A stretch of 64,000 nt of DNA from Felis catus (GCF_018350175.1 NC_058369.1:12278001-12342000); one strand, 5' to 3'; positions 26,917 through 40,947 are shown, counted from the stretch's first letter. Notes: generated by a model not told the origin, from the letters alone. A program made the numbers and translations.

Positions 26917-26962
<46 letters not shown>

Positions 26963-27398
26963 GGGTGGGGCAGAGAGAGAGAAGGAGGCACAGAATCCGA
27001 AGCGGGCTCCAGGCTCTGAGCTATCAGCACAGAGCCCAATGTGGGCGCTCGAACTCAAGAACCATGAGATCACGACCTGAGCCAAAGTCGGACACTTAAC
27101 CAGCTGAGCCACCCAGGCGCCCCTCTGTCATGATCTTTAACGTTTTATTTATTTTTGAGAGCACAAGGGGGAGAGAGGCAGAGAGAGGGGGACAGAGGAT
27201 CAGAAGCAGGCTCTGTGCTGACAGCAGCGAGCCCAATGTGGGGCTTGAAGTCACGAACCGTGAGATCGTGACCTGGACTGAGGTCAGATGTCCAACCCAC
27301 TGAGCCACCCTGGCTCCCCCCGCCCCCCTACACTTCTGCCATTTTTCAGCCACCCACTCTGGGGTCCTTTGTTAAGCAACCCTAGGAAAACTCACGCA
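26501..27398 (+). mobile_element. MLT1-type LTR interrupted by two antisense SINEs
   Basis: tgtagtgggctga...ctggattatccaggtgggccctaagtccaatgacaaatgtc...gcaaccctaggaaaact. Confidence 0.7.
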
Positions 27399-27791
27399 GA
27401 CCCGTTACGTTAACTGATTCTTGGTCGTCAGTCACAAGTGCGATGCTCAAAAAGTACTTCATGTTCAAATTCAGAATAGCAAAATAAGACAAAAAATCAC
27501 TTTTATAAAGATTGCTGATGCAATATCCTTAAAAAAAAAAAAAAACCACATGGGTTAAAAAAAAAAAAAAAAACTTGCTCACTTTCATCGCAGATTTTGT
27601 AAAGACCCTTTCACGATCCCTGGAAGCGTGAAGCTATGTGGCTCGTCTCAGCGGCAAATGCTCCAGGGAGGGCACTTTGGTTGTGACCATGTGGGCATCA
27701 TGATTACCAGCCATGCAGCCATCACACAGGACCTGCGTGCTTACAAACTCCACCGGCACACTCTGTGGAGATGTTCGCGGAAAATGCACAC

Positions 27792-27980
27792 CTGGGATTT
27801 GTCATCTTTCGCCTGGTCCCAATCCTTGGACTCTGCGGAGGACTTCTCCATCTTCTTAAGTGACGTTAAGTTCCAGTCATACTCGATGTCGCCGGATTCA
27901 ATTGATTGACCGTCAATTTTCACTTCGTAAGTGAGGTCCGGTCTTAAAACCAGAGCATAGAGGTGTGTAAATCCATCAAC
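27792..27980 (-). CDS. CALR3: CALR3 exon 5 (VDGFTHLYALVLRPDLTYEVKIDG...DDKSQ)
   Basis: THLYxLxxRPD motif; acceptor gtgcag|, donor CAG|GTGTGC; 189 nt. Confidence 0.95.
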
Positions 27981-30873
27981 CTGCACGTTTTAAGGGGAGA
28001 AAGGATAACGATGAGACCTTTGACATTTCAGGGCAGGTCTACGTATGTGATTTAAGTCGCTGTTGGTCAAAGCTTTGCTGTAAACAGCAAGAAGAGTGTT
28101 TCTAGGGACAGGGGTTGACTTGACTACAAAATGTGGCCCACAGAAGAAATCGCTCCCTTGTAGAAAACTTCCGCACTACCAGCTGACTTCTCTTGAGTGG
28201 CTGGTTCCCTTATGTGTAGACAATGCTTCCCACCTAGAATCCCACAGGTGGTTATGACAGGGTCTTGGTGTAACCCAAACACCACTGCTCTGTTCGGTTT
28301 ATGAAAAGTTATGCGGAAAACGATTTCCTGTTCTGTATTCTGAAAGATACCAAATGAAGCCCAGTCTATTTTTTCAACACAGGGGGGACCTTTCTAATGC
28401 CCTGAGCTGTCTAGCAAGGGCAGGCCTAGTGTCTCTCTTGGCCACAGTTAAAAGCCCCAGACCAGACACAAGGGAAGCATTGGGCAAGCATTCAATAAAT
28501 GACAGATGGGAGGTGGATGGGCAGGTGTCTGGGGAGGTCGGGGGTGCCCAAGATGTGCCTGCCTGTCAGCAGTGGGGCTGCCTGGTCATTGTCATGGGGC
28601 ATGCCCTAGAAATGTCTGTCGCCGGGTCAGCCTGACCTGCTGCATCAGCACCTGAATGGACCCTCCAGTCTCTGCACAGACCTTCCAAAGATGCTGATGC
28701 TGCTCAGGGCTCAGGTTTGGGAACCACTGTCTCAGCATCTTAAAGGCTCCATCAGGAGGATTCTCCCCCTGCTAAGAGCCAAAAGTAAAAGCTTCTTCAG
28801 TACCCCTCTGCTCTGCTCTGAGGGACATAGGCTGCTGTCCACACCACGGCCGACGGTTCTGTCTGCTCCGTGTTCCTCTCAACCTCTGTAGCTCGCTGTG
28901 ACAGCTGAGTACAGGCTTCTCCCAATGCTCCCTCCCTGATCTCTGCCCGCTCACCTTTCCTAATTTAGACTTTGGGTTCATTGGCCATCCCGAGGGATAA
29001 CATCCTCTCCCACACATATGCAATGGATCCAAACCAGGATCTTTAATCCTAACCATTGCCCTGAGCTACAGAGCGGAGTTTCCAACAACTTTCTGGACAC
29101 CTCTACCTGGATGCCTGCCAGGAGTCCACAACCAATGGTTCCAAACACGTCTCTCGAGTGTGGCCTGGCCCCTCACTGGTCTTTGTTTCCCCTGATTAAC
29201 AGCAATGCTGCTGAGATTCATCGACCACATACCCAGTAGCCAAATTCCAAACATCACAAAGTCCTCTGGGTCCCACCCCTGAATCATCTGTCAAAAACGG
29301 TCCCATGTTCTGTATCCCGTTGAAGCCTTGGCCTCACAGTCTCACCCTTCTCCCTGCCTATCGATCACCCTGTCCCTCCAGCCCCCACCCCCCAGAACAT
29401 CTGAGGTATTTCTCCAACAGGCAGATCTGCCCCTCTCCTTGAAAACCCCTGAGGGCTGACCACTGCCTGCAGGGGAGATTGTCAGCCTTTCTTTCACAGC
29501 ATCACAGAATGAATCCAACCCCACTGGACGTAGCTTCTCCTCACTGGGAACACCAACAACCTGCTGTGAGTCAGTGCTCCTTCAACAGAAGCATCTTTTC
29601 TTTTTCTAGCAAGTGCAGAAATAGCACATGTCTGAGGGCATCATCAATCTGCGGGTGCCACTTGGGGCCCCATAGGCTTGCTGTCCTGAGCTTGTCATGC
29701 TCTGACCTCCCCAGCACAGTCCAGGCCAGACTTCATGGCCTCTGTAGTGTCATCCCCGGGCTCTCCCACACATCCAATGTGCAACTGAACAATTCCTCGG
29801 GAATCAGTTGTAAAACCTGTGCACTCAGTTGGCCTTCGAGCTCTCCCTCACCCCCACAGGAGCGATGTCAGGCCTCTCCATTTAAAGAGGACCTGATGAT
29901 CCTTTGCAGCCACCAGGTCGGCGGGTGGGACCCCAAGAGAGCAACGAGGCTGCCAACGGGAGACTCACTGGGGCTTTGTGAAGAGACCGAACATACCCCT
30001 GCTTGGGTCAGGACTGAATAAGAGGCGATTATGGACACTTCCCCTCTGTGCAGTCACTGTGCTCTGGCCTCCTGCCCAGATTTGCCCAGACTTGTGGAGG
30101 CCCCCCATGTTGAAGCTCTGGGCACTGGGGATGCCCCAGGAGTCAGGTCCCTGCTTCCTGGTGGCTACATTCAAATAGAGGGGTTGCATCGGGGAGTGTA
30201 CTTCCCTTCCGCGGGCCCGGAGCCAGGGACATGATGCAAACCGCCTCTTTGGAGAAGCCCTGGGCTGGGCCGTGGAGGTATGAAGGCATCAGTGTTGTTT
30301 TCACAGGATCCGTGGTAAAAAGTAAGAAAGTATGCTTCCATTTTAGAAACATTCCCATTTGTAAATGTTTTGCTATGTTGAAGATTAATTTCTTCAGGAT
30401 GTTTTTGCGTCCCAGCCTGAATATTTTATTCCATAGTGAGGACGGATACCGCTGAAATGTGACTATTCTATTGTAACCCTTATAAGGCAAATTATAATAC
30501 GATGTCACAGCTCACAGTGAAAAGTGAGTATGCCCTCCTGATGGGTACAAACGTCAGAAAACAAGCCAAAGGGGTAGGCAAATATCTCTAATAACACTGC
30601 TAAACTGGAAACCTGGGGCATGGGGGTATGTTTGCTAAGATCCATACCTGGCTCAGTTAAACATTTTAAGATCAAAAGGATTTTCTCTAAATTTATGCTG
30701 TCATTAAGAGTTAACACAGGTGGCTGGGTGGCTCAGTCAGTTAAGCATCCGACTCTTGATTTCAGCTCAGGGTATGATCTCACAGTTCGTGAGTTCAAGC
30801 TCCGAGTTGGGCTCTGCTGACAGTGTGGATCCTACTTTGGATTCTCTCTCTTTCCCTCCCTCTCTGCCCCTTC

Positions 30874-30915
<42 letters not shown>

Positions 30916-30976
30916 ATAAATAAACATTAAAAAAAAGAGTTAACACAATCACAGATTTGAATACAGAAGCACTTAC

Positions 30977-31071
30977 CTTACACCTGATTGATTTCTTGTT
31001 TGAGTGATACTGATTCTTGAAGTGTAAAATAACATGAACTTTCTTGATATCAAATCCACAAATATCGGGCC
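30977..31071 (-). CDS. CALR3: CALR3 exon 4 (GPDICGFDIKKVHVILHFKNQYHSNKKSIRCK)
   Basis: Completes the IMFGPDxCG signature; acceptor ttttgtag|, donor AAG|GTAAGT; 95 nt. Confidence 0.96.
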
Positions 31072-33180
31072 CTACAAAAAAAATATTAGCTGCTCTCAAT
31101 TTCTTTCTATGATGCATCACCCCAGGAGACCCCCAATCACTGTGAAATAATATATGAGGCACCAGAAGTCTATAGGAGCAGGAATAATCGGACATTGTCA
31201 TAGAGATACTGAAATGGACAGCAGCACCCTTCTTGGTTCAGGTGACTTCTCAGTTCACTGCAACTACTTTGGACTCAAGTATAAGGCAGCATGTGAGTAA
31301 GAAAAAGATTTAACAGTCTGGGAAGCATCCTTGGCACGCTGCCTGAGACTTGGGTCCTTGGTCTGAAGTTCTAAGAGGTGGCCTGTGCCAGGTGAGGGAC
31401 TAGCTGGCTCTGATCTCCGCTCTCTTTCGCTGTGCTAAGACATATTTGCAGCTACGCAGCTACCCACGCCCCCGTGTCCTGCTCTCTAAAATGGGGGTGT
31501 TAATCTTGACTTCCAAGGCTACTTTGCCAATTAAATGGGCTCAGGTACGTAAAGCATTTAATATGGCAATGCTCAATATTTGTTATTATCATTATGCGTG
31601 TCCCAAGACAACACGCAGGCACATATTCAGACTAAGACTTTCTGAATGTAGTAAGCAAGGTTTGCAGGAGGTATCTGGAAAATTTGTCCAACCTTCTGAG
31701 GATGTTTGGAATTACCCTGCCGCTGCTTTACTGAGCTTAAGCCTCCGGAATGTACTAGACCCTCTGGGTGTCTTTCTGTCTCGAATCAAATTCCACCACA
31801 TGCATTGACCCGGGGCTGCACCCGCCCCTGGGGATTCTGTGAGGCAAACCCTGTGTAAACACAAGCAGATGACGGCAATTTTTTTTTTTTCCTACAACTT
31901 GCAGTGATGAATCTCCACAACAAGAGAGATCTAGGCTGCACATAATTAAAGGATATCATCAATTTGCCAGAGTGGATATGACATTGAACTTAGAAGTAGC
32001 ATCCTGAGGGACCCACAAAGAACAGCATGTCTACCTCCCAGCTGAGTTCTGAGAGGACAATGTTTATGTAATTTCCTTTTTTTTTTTTTTTTTTAATCAC
32101 TGGAAAACATTCCAGTTCAATTTTTAAAACAAAAGCCATGGTATGCGAACTATCTGTATGAAAGTCTACCACCTCAGGATTAAAATATGAAATTTTCCCT
32201 TCAAAGTTGGTCAGAATTTTCTGATTTCTAAGCACCTACATGCTTTAAATATTAAATTAGGCTTCAGAACATGCCCGGGCATGCCTGGGAAATCTGGACA
32301 TTTTCCATTAAGAGTGATCATAAAATATGTATGCATGTAATGGATTTTTATGAAGAAATGGGAGTAGACAGATAGGCTCTAAAGCCAGGCTGACCTGATT
32401 TGGGGCAAGTAAGTTTAATCTTCGTGAGCCTCAGTTTCTTTATTTGCAAAATGGAAGCAAAATTTCCTAGGGTTTTAAACATAATTTAAGACTGCATTTG
32501 TATCGCTGGCATCCTGTTTTAAGAAAATAAAAATAACCTAAACGAAGACATTTTAATTTCCTTTTTAATCAAAATAAAGATGTTTGTTCTTTGTTCCAGA
32601 TTTTAAATGCAACAGTAAATTGGGAGTCATGGTGGAGAAGACAGCAGGGGTCAGGGACTATGCAATTGGTGGAAACTTTGCATATATGTAATGTGGTGGC
32701 CTTAGAGAAGTCACCTTGCCCTCTAAGACAGGGCAGGATTATATCCAGATTCAATAAATAATATAATATCTATTCTCTCTACTTCTATAACACTGTGACC
32801 AGCTCTACATACAAACATGAGAACAGTGTAACAGGTGTCTGAAGGCTGATGCTGATCACAATAAATTCAAAGATAAGCACTGGAAAACCAGGACAGAGAA
32901 AACTTCTGCAATACATCCATGTCACGCGAGAAAAGAACTTTAAAAAAAGATTCCTCAAACTTGAATTACAGGCAGATATTTTGAAATTACATTTCCAATA
33001 TTTTTGGGGCGTGCCTGGGGTGGCTCAGTCAACCGGTTAAGCGTCCAACTTTGGCTCAGGTCACGATCTCACGGTTCGTGGGTTTGAGCCCCGCGTTGGG
33101 CTCTGTGCTAACAGCTCAGAGCCTGGAGCCTGCTTCCGATTCTGTGTCTCCCTCTCTCTCTGCCCCTCCCCCACTTGCCT

Positions 33181-33215
<35 letters not shown>

Positions 33216-33244
33216 AATAAATAAACATTAAAAAAATTTTTTTA

Positions 33245-36110
33245 AAGATTGTTTTCACTTATTTTTTAACTGTGGTAAAATACACATAAGATTTACTGTC
33301 TCGGTCATTTTTAAGTGTACCTTCAGGGGTATTAAATACATTTGCCGTGTTGAGCAACCATCCCCACTGCCCATCCCCATGACTCTTCATCTTACAAAAC
33401 TGGAACTCTATATTTATTAAACACTAACTCCCCATTCTCCCCTGTCTCAGCCCCTGGCAACCACCATTCTATCTTCTGGCTCTATAATTTTGACTACTCC
33501 AAGGACCTAAAATAAAATAAGTGGAATTGGATAGTATTTGTCTTTTTGTGACTGGCTTATTTCACTTAGAATAATGTCCTCAAGGTTCTTCCATGTTGCA
33601 GCCTGTATCAAAATTTCCCTCCTTTATAAAGCTGAATGATAGTCCATTATATGGATACCACATTTGTATATCCATTCATTTGCGGATGGACACTTGAGCC
33701 CTCTAGTCTTGTTCTACTTTTTTGAGATTGTTTTGGCTATTCAGGGTCCCTTGAGATTCCACATGAATGTTAGAATGGGTTTTTCCATTTCTGCCAAAAA
33801 AAAAAGTCATTGGAATTTTAATAGGAATTGGATTGAATATGTGTATTGTTTTTAGAATCTGTAGAATGCTTTGGCTAGTGTTAACATTTTAACACTATTA
33901 AGTCTTCCATTCCATGAACATGGAATGTCTTTCCATTTATTTACATCTTCTTTAATTTCTTTCAGCAATATTTTGTAGTTATCATTGTATGAATTTTTCA
34001 CCTCCTTGCTTAATTCCTAAGTATTTTACTCTTTTGGATGCTACTGTAAATGGAATTATTTTTGTAACTTCCCTTTCAGATTGTTCGTTGTTCACATATA
34101 GGAACGTAACTGTTTTTCGTGTGTTGACTTTGTATCCTGCTACTTTGCTGAATTCATTCATTAATTTAATAGGTTTTTTTGTGCAATCTCTATGGTTTTC
34201 TCTATATGAGATCAAATCATCTGCAAACAGATAATTTTACTTCTTTCTTTCCAATTTGAATGGCTTTTATCTATTTTTCTTGCTTGTTTGCTCTGGCTAG
34301 AACTTCCAGTAGTGTGTTGAAAAGAAGTGGTGAAAGTGGGGGCACCTGGGTGGCTCAGTTGGTTGAGCATCCAACTCTTGATTTCGGCTCAGGTCATGAT
34401 CTCATGATTTGTGAGTTCGAACCCCTGCTTGGAATTCTCTCTCCTTCTCTCTCTGCCCCTCCCCTGCTTGCACTTGGGCACTCTCTCTCCCCTTCTTTCT
34501 CTCAAAATAAACAAAGTTAAAAAAAAAAAAAGTGGTGAAAGTGGGCATGCTTGCCTTGTTCCTGATCTTACAGGAAAAACTTTGTCGTCCACCACTGAGT
34601 ATGTTTGCTGTGGGTTTTTCATATATGGCTTTGATTATGTTGAAGTAGTTTCCTGCTATTTCTAGTTCGTCAACTGTTTTATCATGAAAGGGTATTGAAT
34701 TTTGTCGAATGCTTTTTCTGCATCAATTGTGATGATCATGTGTTTCTTTTTTTCTTTCATTCTGTTGATGCGGCATATACTATTGACTGATTTTCATATT
34801 TCAAATCACCCTTGCAGACAAGGAAGAAATGCCACTTGGTCATGGTGTATAATCCTTTTAATATGCTGCTGACTTCTGTTTGCTAGTATTTTGTTGAGGA
34901 TTTCTGCATCAGTGTTTATAAGAATATTGGTTTTCTTTTAGTGTCTGGCTTTGGTATCAGGATAATGCTAGCCTCATAGAATGAGTTAGGAAGTACATGT
35001 TCCCACCTCTTCAATGTTTTTTTGAAAAGTTTGAGAAGGACTGGTGTTAGTCCTTCTTTAAATGTTTGGTAGAATTGGTGAGAGGTTCATCAGATTCAAG
35101 ATCTTGCTTTATTGGGAGATTTTGGTTACTGCTTCAAGCTCCTTACTATTTATAAGTCTCTTCATATTTTCTATTTCTTCATGATTGAGTCTTGGCAGGT
35201 TTTGTGTTTCTAGGAATTTGCCCGTTTTACCAAGGTTATCCAATTTTTGGGTGTATAATTGTTCTTAGCACTCTCTTATATAATTCTTTTTATTTCTGCA
35301 GAAGTGGTAGTAACATCCCATTTCTGATTTTAGTAATTTGAGTCTTCTTTCTTCGTCCATCTAGGTAAAGGTTTTGTCAATTTTGTTGGCCTTTTTGGAG
35401 AACCAACTTTGAATTTCATTCATTTCCTCTGTTGTCTTTCTATTCATGATTTCATTTATCTCTGCTGTACTATTTATTATGCCTATTTCTCCCTTCAATT
35501 CTACCAGTTTTTGTTTCATATATTTTGAAGTTCATTAGGCGTGTAAATGTTTATAGTTATTACATTTTTTTGGCCTTTTTATTAATATATAATGTCCCTT
35601 GTCTCTTGTAACCTTTTATTCAAAGTCTATTTTGCCTGATATTAGTATGGCCACCTCTGCTCTCTTTTGGGAGAGCCTGGAATACCTTTTCCCACCCTTT
35701 CACTTTCAACCTCTTTGAAAAAAACTTTTTAAATTTTTTTTTTTTTGAGAGAAAGAGCATGAGTGGGGGAGGATCAGAGAGAGGGGGAGACACAGAATCT
35801 GAAGCAGGCTCTGGGCTCTGAGCTTTCAGCACAGAGCCCGATACGGGGCTTGAACTCACAAACCATAAGATCATGACCTGAGCTGAAGTTGGATGCTTAA
35901 CCGACTGAGCCACCCAGGCGCCCCTTCTTTCGTTTTGAGTTTTTGTAGGGAAATGTTTAAATTCCTTTTTAACTTCCTTTTGTGTATATTCTATAGCTAT
36001 TTCCTTTGTGGAGGAACCATGGGGGTTACATTTAACACCTTGAAGTTATAATGCTCTAATTAGAATTTACACCAGTTTAACTTCAGTAACACACAAAACT
36101 CTGCTGTTCA
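33245..36110 (-). mobile_element. Old, fragmented L1 interrupted by SINEs
   Basis: Reverse-transcriptase-like remnants on the minus strand (KLMNEFSKVAGYKVN, FPVRSGTRQACPLSP). Confidence 0.8.
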
Positions 36111-36826
36111 TTTGTTTGCACTTCTGTGATCAGAAGCAGCGATCAGAGTTCAGATCCCTGATAGTGGGAGGACAGGGTCCTTTTTGCCCACCCTGGCTGT
36201 GGCAAGCTGTGTATAGGCTGCTCCAGGAGCACATGCACAGCTGTCTGCCGTGTGGCTTGAAATGGGGGATGGGTAGGTCTCCTGTGCTAAGAGCTGAAAT
36301 TGCCCAAAATTAACCTTCCCATTCTTCCCCTGGAAGAAGCAATCCTTCCACAGACTTCAGAGTTCCAAAATAGTTACATCATATTCTGTTGATTTTTGTC
36401 CAGGTGGGGAGACGGATTCCTGGTGCGTTCCTATTCCATTTTCCCCGAATCCTCTTTATCCTGAAAACTTTTTGAACCTACACGCTTCAGTTATGTCCAG
36501 TTCCTGTGGCCCAATGTGGTCCCATGCCAATTCTAGCACAAATTTTAATCAATTTCTCCTGGTATCAGGAGATATTTAATGTGTTCCAGGGGTCAGCAAG
36601 GGCTAGGCAGGAAATGTTTTTGGCTTTCCTACCATTTTCATGTGTCAAAAATATTAGCCTTCTTTTAATTTTTTTAATCATTAAAAACATTAAAACCCAT
36701 GGGGCGTAACAAACACAGTCTGTGGCTGACGTGACCCGTGGCCAAAGTCTGCTGAGTCCTGATATATTTCAAATACTTGGGACTACATTACTATCGCATA
36801 AATAACTCTCTCAAAAGTACAATAGA

Positions 36827-37300
36827 GGGGTGCCTGGGTGGCTCAGTTGGTTAAGCGGCTGACTTCGGCTCAGGTCATGATCTCACGGTTCGTGGGTTCG
36901 AGCCCCGCGTCGGGCTCTGTGTGACAGCTCAGAGCTTGGAGCCTGCTTCACATTCTGTGTCTCCCTCTCTCTCTGCCCCTTCCCTGCTCATGTTCTGTCT
37001 CTCTCTGTCTCAAAATAAATAAACATTAAAAAATTAAAAAAAAAAAGTACAATAGAATGGTACAGTTGCCTTTTTATAATGTTAATTAGGTTTCACGGTA
37101 CTAAAAACCTTTGGTTGGAGGTCACGATCTCGCGGTCCGTGAGTTCGAGCCCCGCGTCAGGCTCTGGGCTGATGGCTCACAGCCTGGAGCCTGTTTCCGA
37201 TTCTGTGTCTCCCTCTCTCTCTGCCCCTCCCCCGTCCATGCTCTGTCTCTCTCTGTCCCAAAAATAAATAAACGTTGAAAAAAAAAAAAAAACAAAAAAA
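36827..37300 (+). mobile_element. Full Can-SINE followed by a 5'-truncated young Can-SINE (37120-37300)
   Basis: Second copy is flanked by aaaaacctttggttgga (37103-37119 and 37298-37314). Confidence 0.9.
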
Positions 37301-37419
37301 AACCTTTGGTTGGATATACTCAACACTACTACTGAAGCAAAGTCTTGCTCTGAGGAATTCTATCAAGTGGAAGGGTTCAAAGTCATCAGAAATGGTTGTT
37401 TTGTGCTATCTGAACTCAC

Positions 37420-37623
37420 CAAACATAATATAGTACTGAGATTTTCCATTCAGGTTCTTCTGATCCACATCTGCAGGGAAGATCTTAACGTAGCCCCCTC
37501 CACAGTCCATCTTTTGCTCGTGTTTCACTGTGTACTGAACGACCAGCGTCTTCCCTTTGTTGCTAAACGGTTTGAAACGTGCCGAGATGGCATAGAATCG
37601 GCCATTTTGCGTGGTTTGCAGAC
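37420..37623 (-). CDS. CALR3: CALR3 exon 3 (GLQTTQNGRFYAISARF...KHEQKMDCGGGYVK...YYIMF)
   Basis: Calreticulin signature KHEQxxDCGGGYxK; acceptor tttaaag|, donor G|GTGAGT; 204 nt. Confidence 0.97.
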
Positions 37624-38043
37624 CTTTAAACAAAAAGGACTCGTGAAGGATTAGGAATGACACGTACGCTCGGTGCTGCAGGGAATTAAATGGTCGCCCT
37701 TCCCCCTGCCCCCAGGAATAACCACTCACATCAGCCCAGGGCCCCACACACACCTTCACAATAATATGGGATGGTCATACCACTAACAGTCTCTCTGCTG
37801 CCAGAAACCTTCTATTTCCACACCCCGTTGTTTCTGTGCTCAGTATTACCATTGTTGTGTCTTAAATTGAAACATTTCAGCTGTAGATGACAAATGTGCA
37901 GTCTAAGTGGATAAGGAGTTAATTTTGCTTCCATTCATCCTCCAAGGGGTGGGAACACACAATAAAGCTCATGCGGCAACTTCGTTAAAAACCAGAGCAT
38001 CCTACATCTTTTCTTTCATTCCTGTCTTAAAAGAGTTGCTTAG

Positions 38044-38588
38044 GGGGTGCCTGGGTGGCTCAGTCGGTTAAGTGTCCGACTTTGGCTCAGGTCATGATCT
38101 CACGGTCCGTGAGTTCGAGCCCCGCATCGGGCTCTGTGCTGACAGCTCAGAGCCTGGAGCCTGTTTCAGATTCTGTGTCTCCCTCTCTCTCTGACCCTCC
38201 CCCGTTCATGCTCTGTCTGTCTCTGTCTCAAAAATAAATACACGTTAAAAAAAAAATTAAAAAAAAAAAAAAAGAGTTGCTTAGGACACATGACCGTGGA
38301 TGGAGAACAGAGTGCTGACCTGTAAAAAAGTGCTTCCCTGCCCTGGATGAGCTGGCCCACAGTTGCCATCTTTTTTTTTTTTTTTTAACGTTTATTTATT
38401 TTTGAGATAGAGAGAGACACAGAGCATGAATGGGGGAGGGTCAGAGAAAGGGAGACACAGAATCCGAAACAGGCTCCAGACTCTGAGCTGTCAGCACAGA
38501 GCCCGACGTGGGGCTCGAACTCACGGACCACGAGATCATGACCTGAGCTGAAGTTGGCCGCCCAACCGACTGAGCCACCCAGGCGCCC
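38044..38588. mobile_element. Inverted pair of Can-SINEs (38044-38272 plus; 38371-38588 minus)
   Basis: Two full elements tail to tail, about 100 nt apart. Confidence 0.9.
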
Positions 38589-39748
38589 CCCCCTTTTTTT
38601 TTTATAAAGATACCACCCTTTTGTCACATGAATCACCTCATATTTTAGAAGTTTAGGTGTTCAAGATGAACCCCTCCCCCCCACCTTTTCAGTAGCCACT
38701 AGGCTCTGTACCAAATCCTTACCTTACACTATTGAAAACAGAGCCAGTCTTATTATCATCTAGTCTTCCCTGCTCCACATTCCTGCCCCCAAACCTGCCT
38801 ATGCAGAGATCCATCATAAATGCACTTGACATTTTCTGTCGATACATCCAAGCCTGAACTCATGACTGACCGCCCATACCACACTCCTCTCTTTCTTTCT
38901 CCTCCATTCTCTCCCTGCCCCCACCCTTCCCTTTCTCAAAGAATTCATAGGATCTCCCCTCCTTTACCCCTTTACCACCCAGGCAATTCCTAAGGCCAAG
39001 ATTCACCACCTCTCCGTCTCTCCACCCTCCTCAGCCACCCCCATCGTCTCTCACCTCTTCCCATTTCTGTCTGACTGAATTCTATTCATCTTTCCATCTA
39101 TGGCTTCTGTGTGATGGTCCTTGGAGATCACAATGAAAGGGGCCAAACTAATGGGTATCCCCAGTGCCTTGCCCATGTGCTCTCACTAGATGTGTGCTGG
39201 AGTGAACGAAACACAGCATCTCAGGATGCCAGATTGGAGGAGGAAAAAAATGTGGTGCGGAAACACCCAAATGGAAACCCCTATCCTTGGACAAGCTTGA
39301 TGAAACAATCTGTTAATTTCACTCCATTTTTGTCCTATGGGCTGAATCGTGACCAACTCTTTCGGTCCACGTGTAACTTAAAACACAATGCATATGCAAT
39401 AGAAAACCAGAAGCTGGGGCGCCTGGGTGGCTCAGTCGGTTAAGCGTCTGACTTCGGCTCAGGTCATGACCTCGCTGGGTTTGTGAGTTCGAGCCCCGCA
39501 TCAGGCTCTGTGCTAACAGCTCAGAGCCTGGAGCCTCCTTCAGATTCTGTGTCTCCTCCTCTCTCTGCCCCTCCCATGCTCATGCTCTGTCTCTCAATAA
39601 TAAATAAACGTTAAAAAATTAAAAAAAAAAAAAAAAGAAAGAAAGAAAAGAAAACCCGAAGGTGCCGACAGGACAACACCGGAGGAGCGGAGTCAAGGTA
39701 GAGATGGAGTGGAAGGCTGGTGAAAAGAGGAAAACTTTTCACCCGAAC

Positions 39749-39912
39749 CAGAGGTTGGCCAATCTTTTCTGCCAAGCCAGAGACCAAGTATTTTAGACTT
39801 CGCGGGTCATACAGTCTGTGTGCCAACTTACTGCCTTTACAGCATGCAGAAGGCCAAAGACCCTAAGTCAATGAATGATCATGGCTGTGTTCCATTAAAA
39901 CTTTACTTATGG
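39749..39912 (+). mobile_element. MER58-like hAT remnant
   Basis: cagaggttggccaatcttttctg...ggctgtgttccattaaaactttactta. Confidence 0.6.
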
Positions 39913-40573
39913 ATATTGACATTTCATATGTTTCACTAAATTTTATGTAATTTTTATACATTATAAAATACCATTCCCCCTTTGATTTTTCCCCAACAAT
40001 TAAAATACGTAAAAGCCATTCTTATCTCACCAGCCGTGCAAAAAACAAGTGTGTAGTTTGTCCACGTTTGAACATCATAAATGAGAAGAAGACAAAAGTT
40101 ATCCTTGGCACTAGGAGGCTACTGACTTGGGAGATGGGCAGTGCAAGGGGGCGGGGGCTCTGAAAACATTCTCTATCTGATCCAGGGCATAAAAATGTAA
40201 ACACTCATCTTTCTATACCCCTACGATCTATACACCTGACAGCATGTAACTTTTAGGTCGATTTTTTTCTCCTTCTTAAAGTGGAAATAAACATGAGATG
40301 TATCCCCTAATCATTTTCCTTTTGCAGGTCAAAGACCTGGAGTCTCCAAACTCCTGCCACTGGTGGGTATACAATGGAGCGACCTTGGGCAAGTAAAGAA
40401 AGGAAAGAGAAAAAGTAATGCCAGGCCCTATCCAAGCCTTAGCTTCCCCACCCGTGAAACGGCTGTAAGAGGTGTTACGGGTGTGCCACACCTACCTCGG
40501 AAGGTTGCTATGGAGGTGAGGCGTGTGTGTTTGACATTTAATAGCTCCATTTTCTCACCATTCCTACACTAAC

Positions 40574-40675
40574 CTTTGTCCTTTTCCTTATGACCATAAA
40601 ATTTCCCCGACGAGAGTCTAAAATGCCCAAATTGGGAGTCATTGGTGGACTGCACCCAGCGGTTCCTCCAGCGCT
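40574..40675 (-). CDS. CALR3: CALR3 exon 2 (ERWRNRWVQSTNDSQFGHFRLSSGKFYGHKEKDK)
   Basis: Acceptor ccccctacag|, donor G|GTTAGT, 102 nt, frame continuous with exons 1 and 3. Confidence 0.95.
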
Positions 40676-40730
40676 CTGTAGGGGGAAACAACACGGGTTA
40701 GAGCTGAGACTGTTCATTTGAATCATGGAG

Positions 40731-40777
<47 letters not shown>

Positions 40778-40807
40778 CGGGCGCGCGCGGGGGGGGGGGC
40801 GGGGGGC
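40731..40807. repeat. (GT)n(GC)n followed by G-runs in CALR3 intron 1
   Basis: gtgt...gtgcgcgcgcgcgggcgcgcgcggggggggggggcgggggg. Confidence 0.9.
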
Positions 40808-40947
40808 TCGAGGCTTCAAAGCTTCGCCACCACCGACCCCGCGGCGATGGGCTGGTGCCAATGGCGACTCTGGCTATCCGCTGGGCAGCCAAGGATGGAG
40901 GAGCTTTCGCCCCTACTTTCCCACCACCACGGACATCGCCTTTTCAC

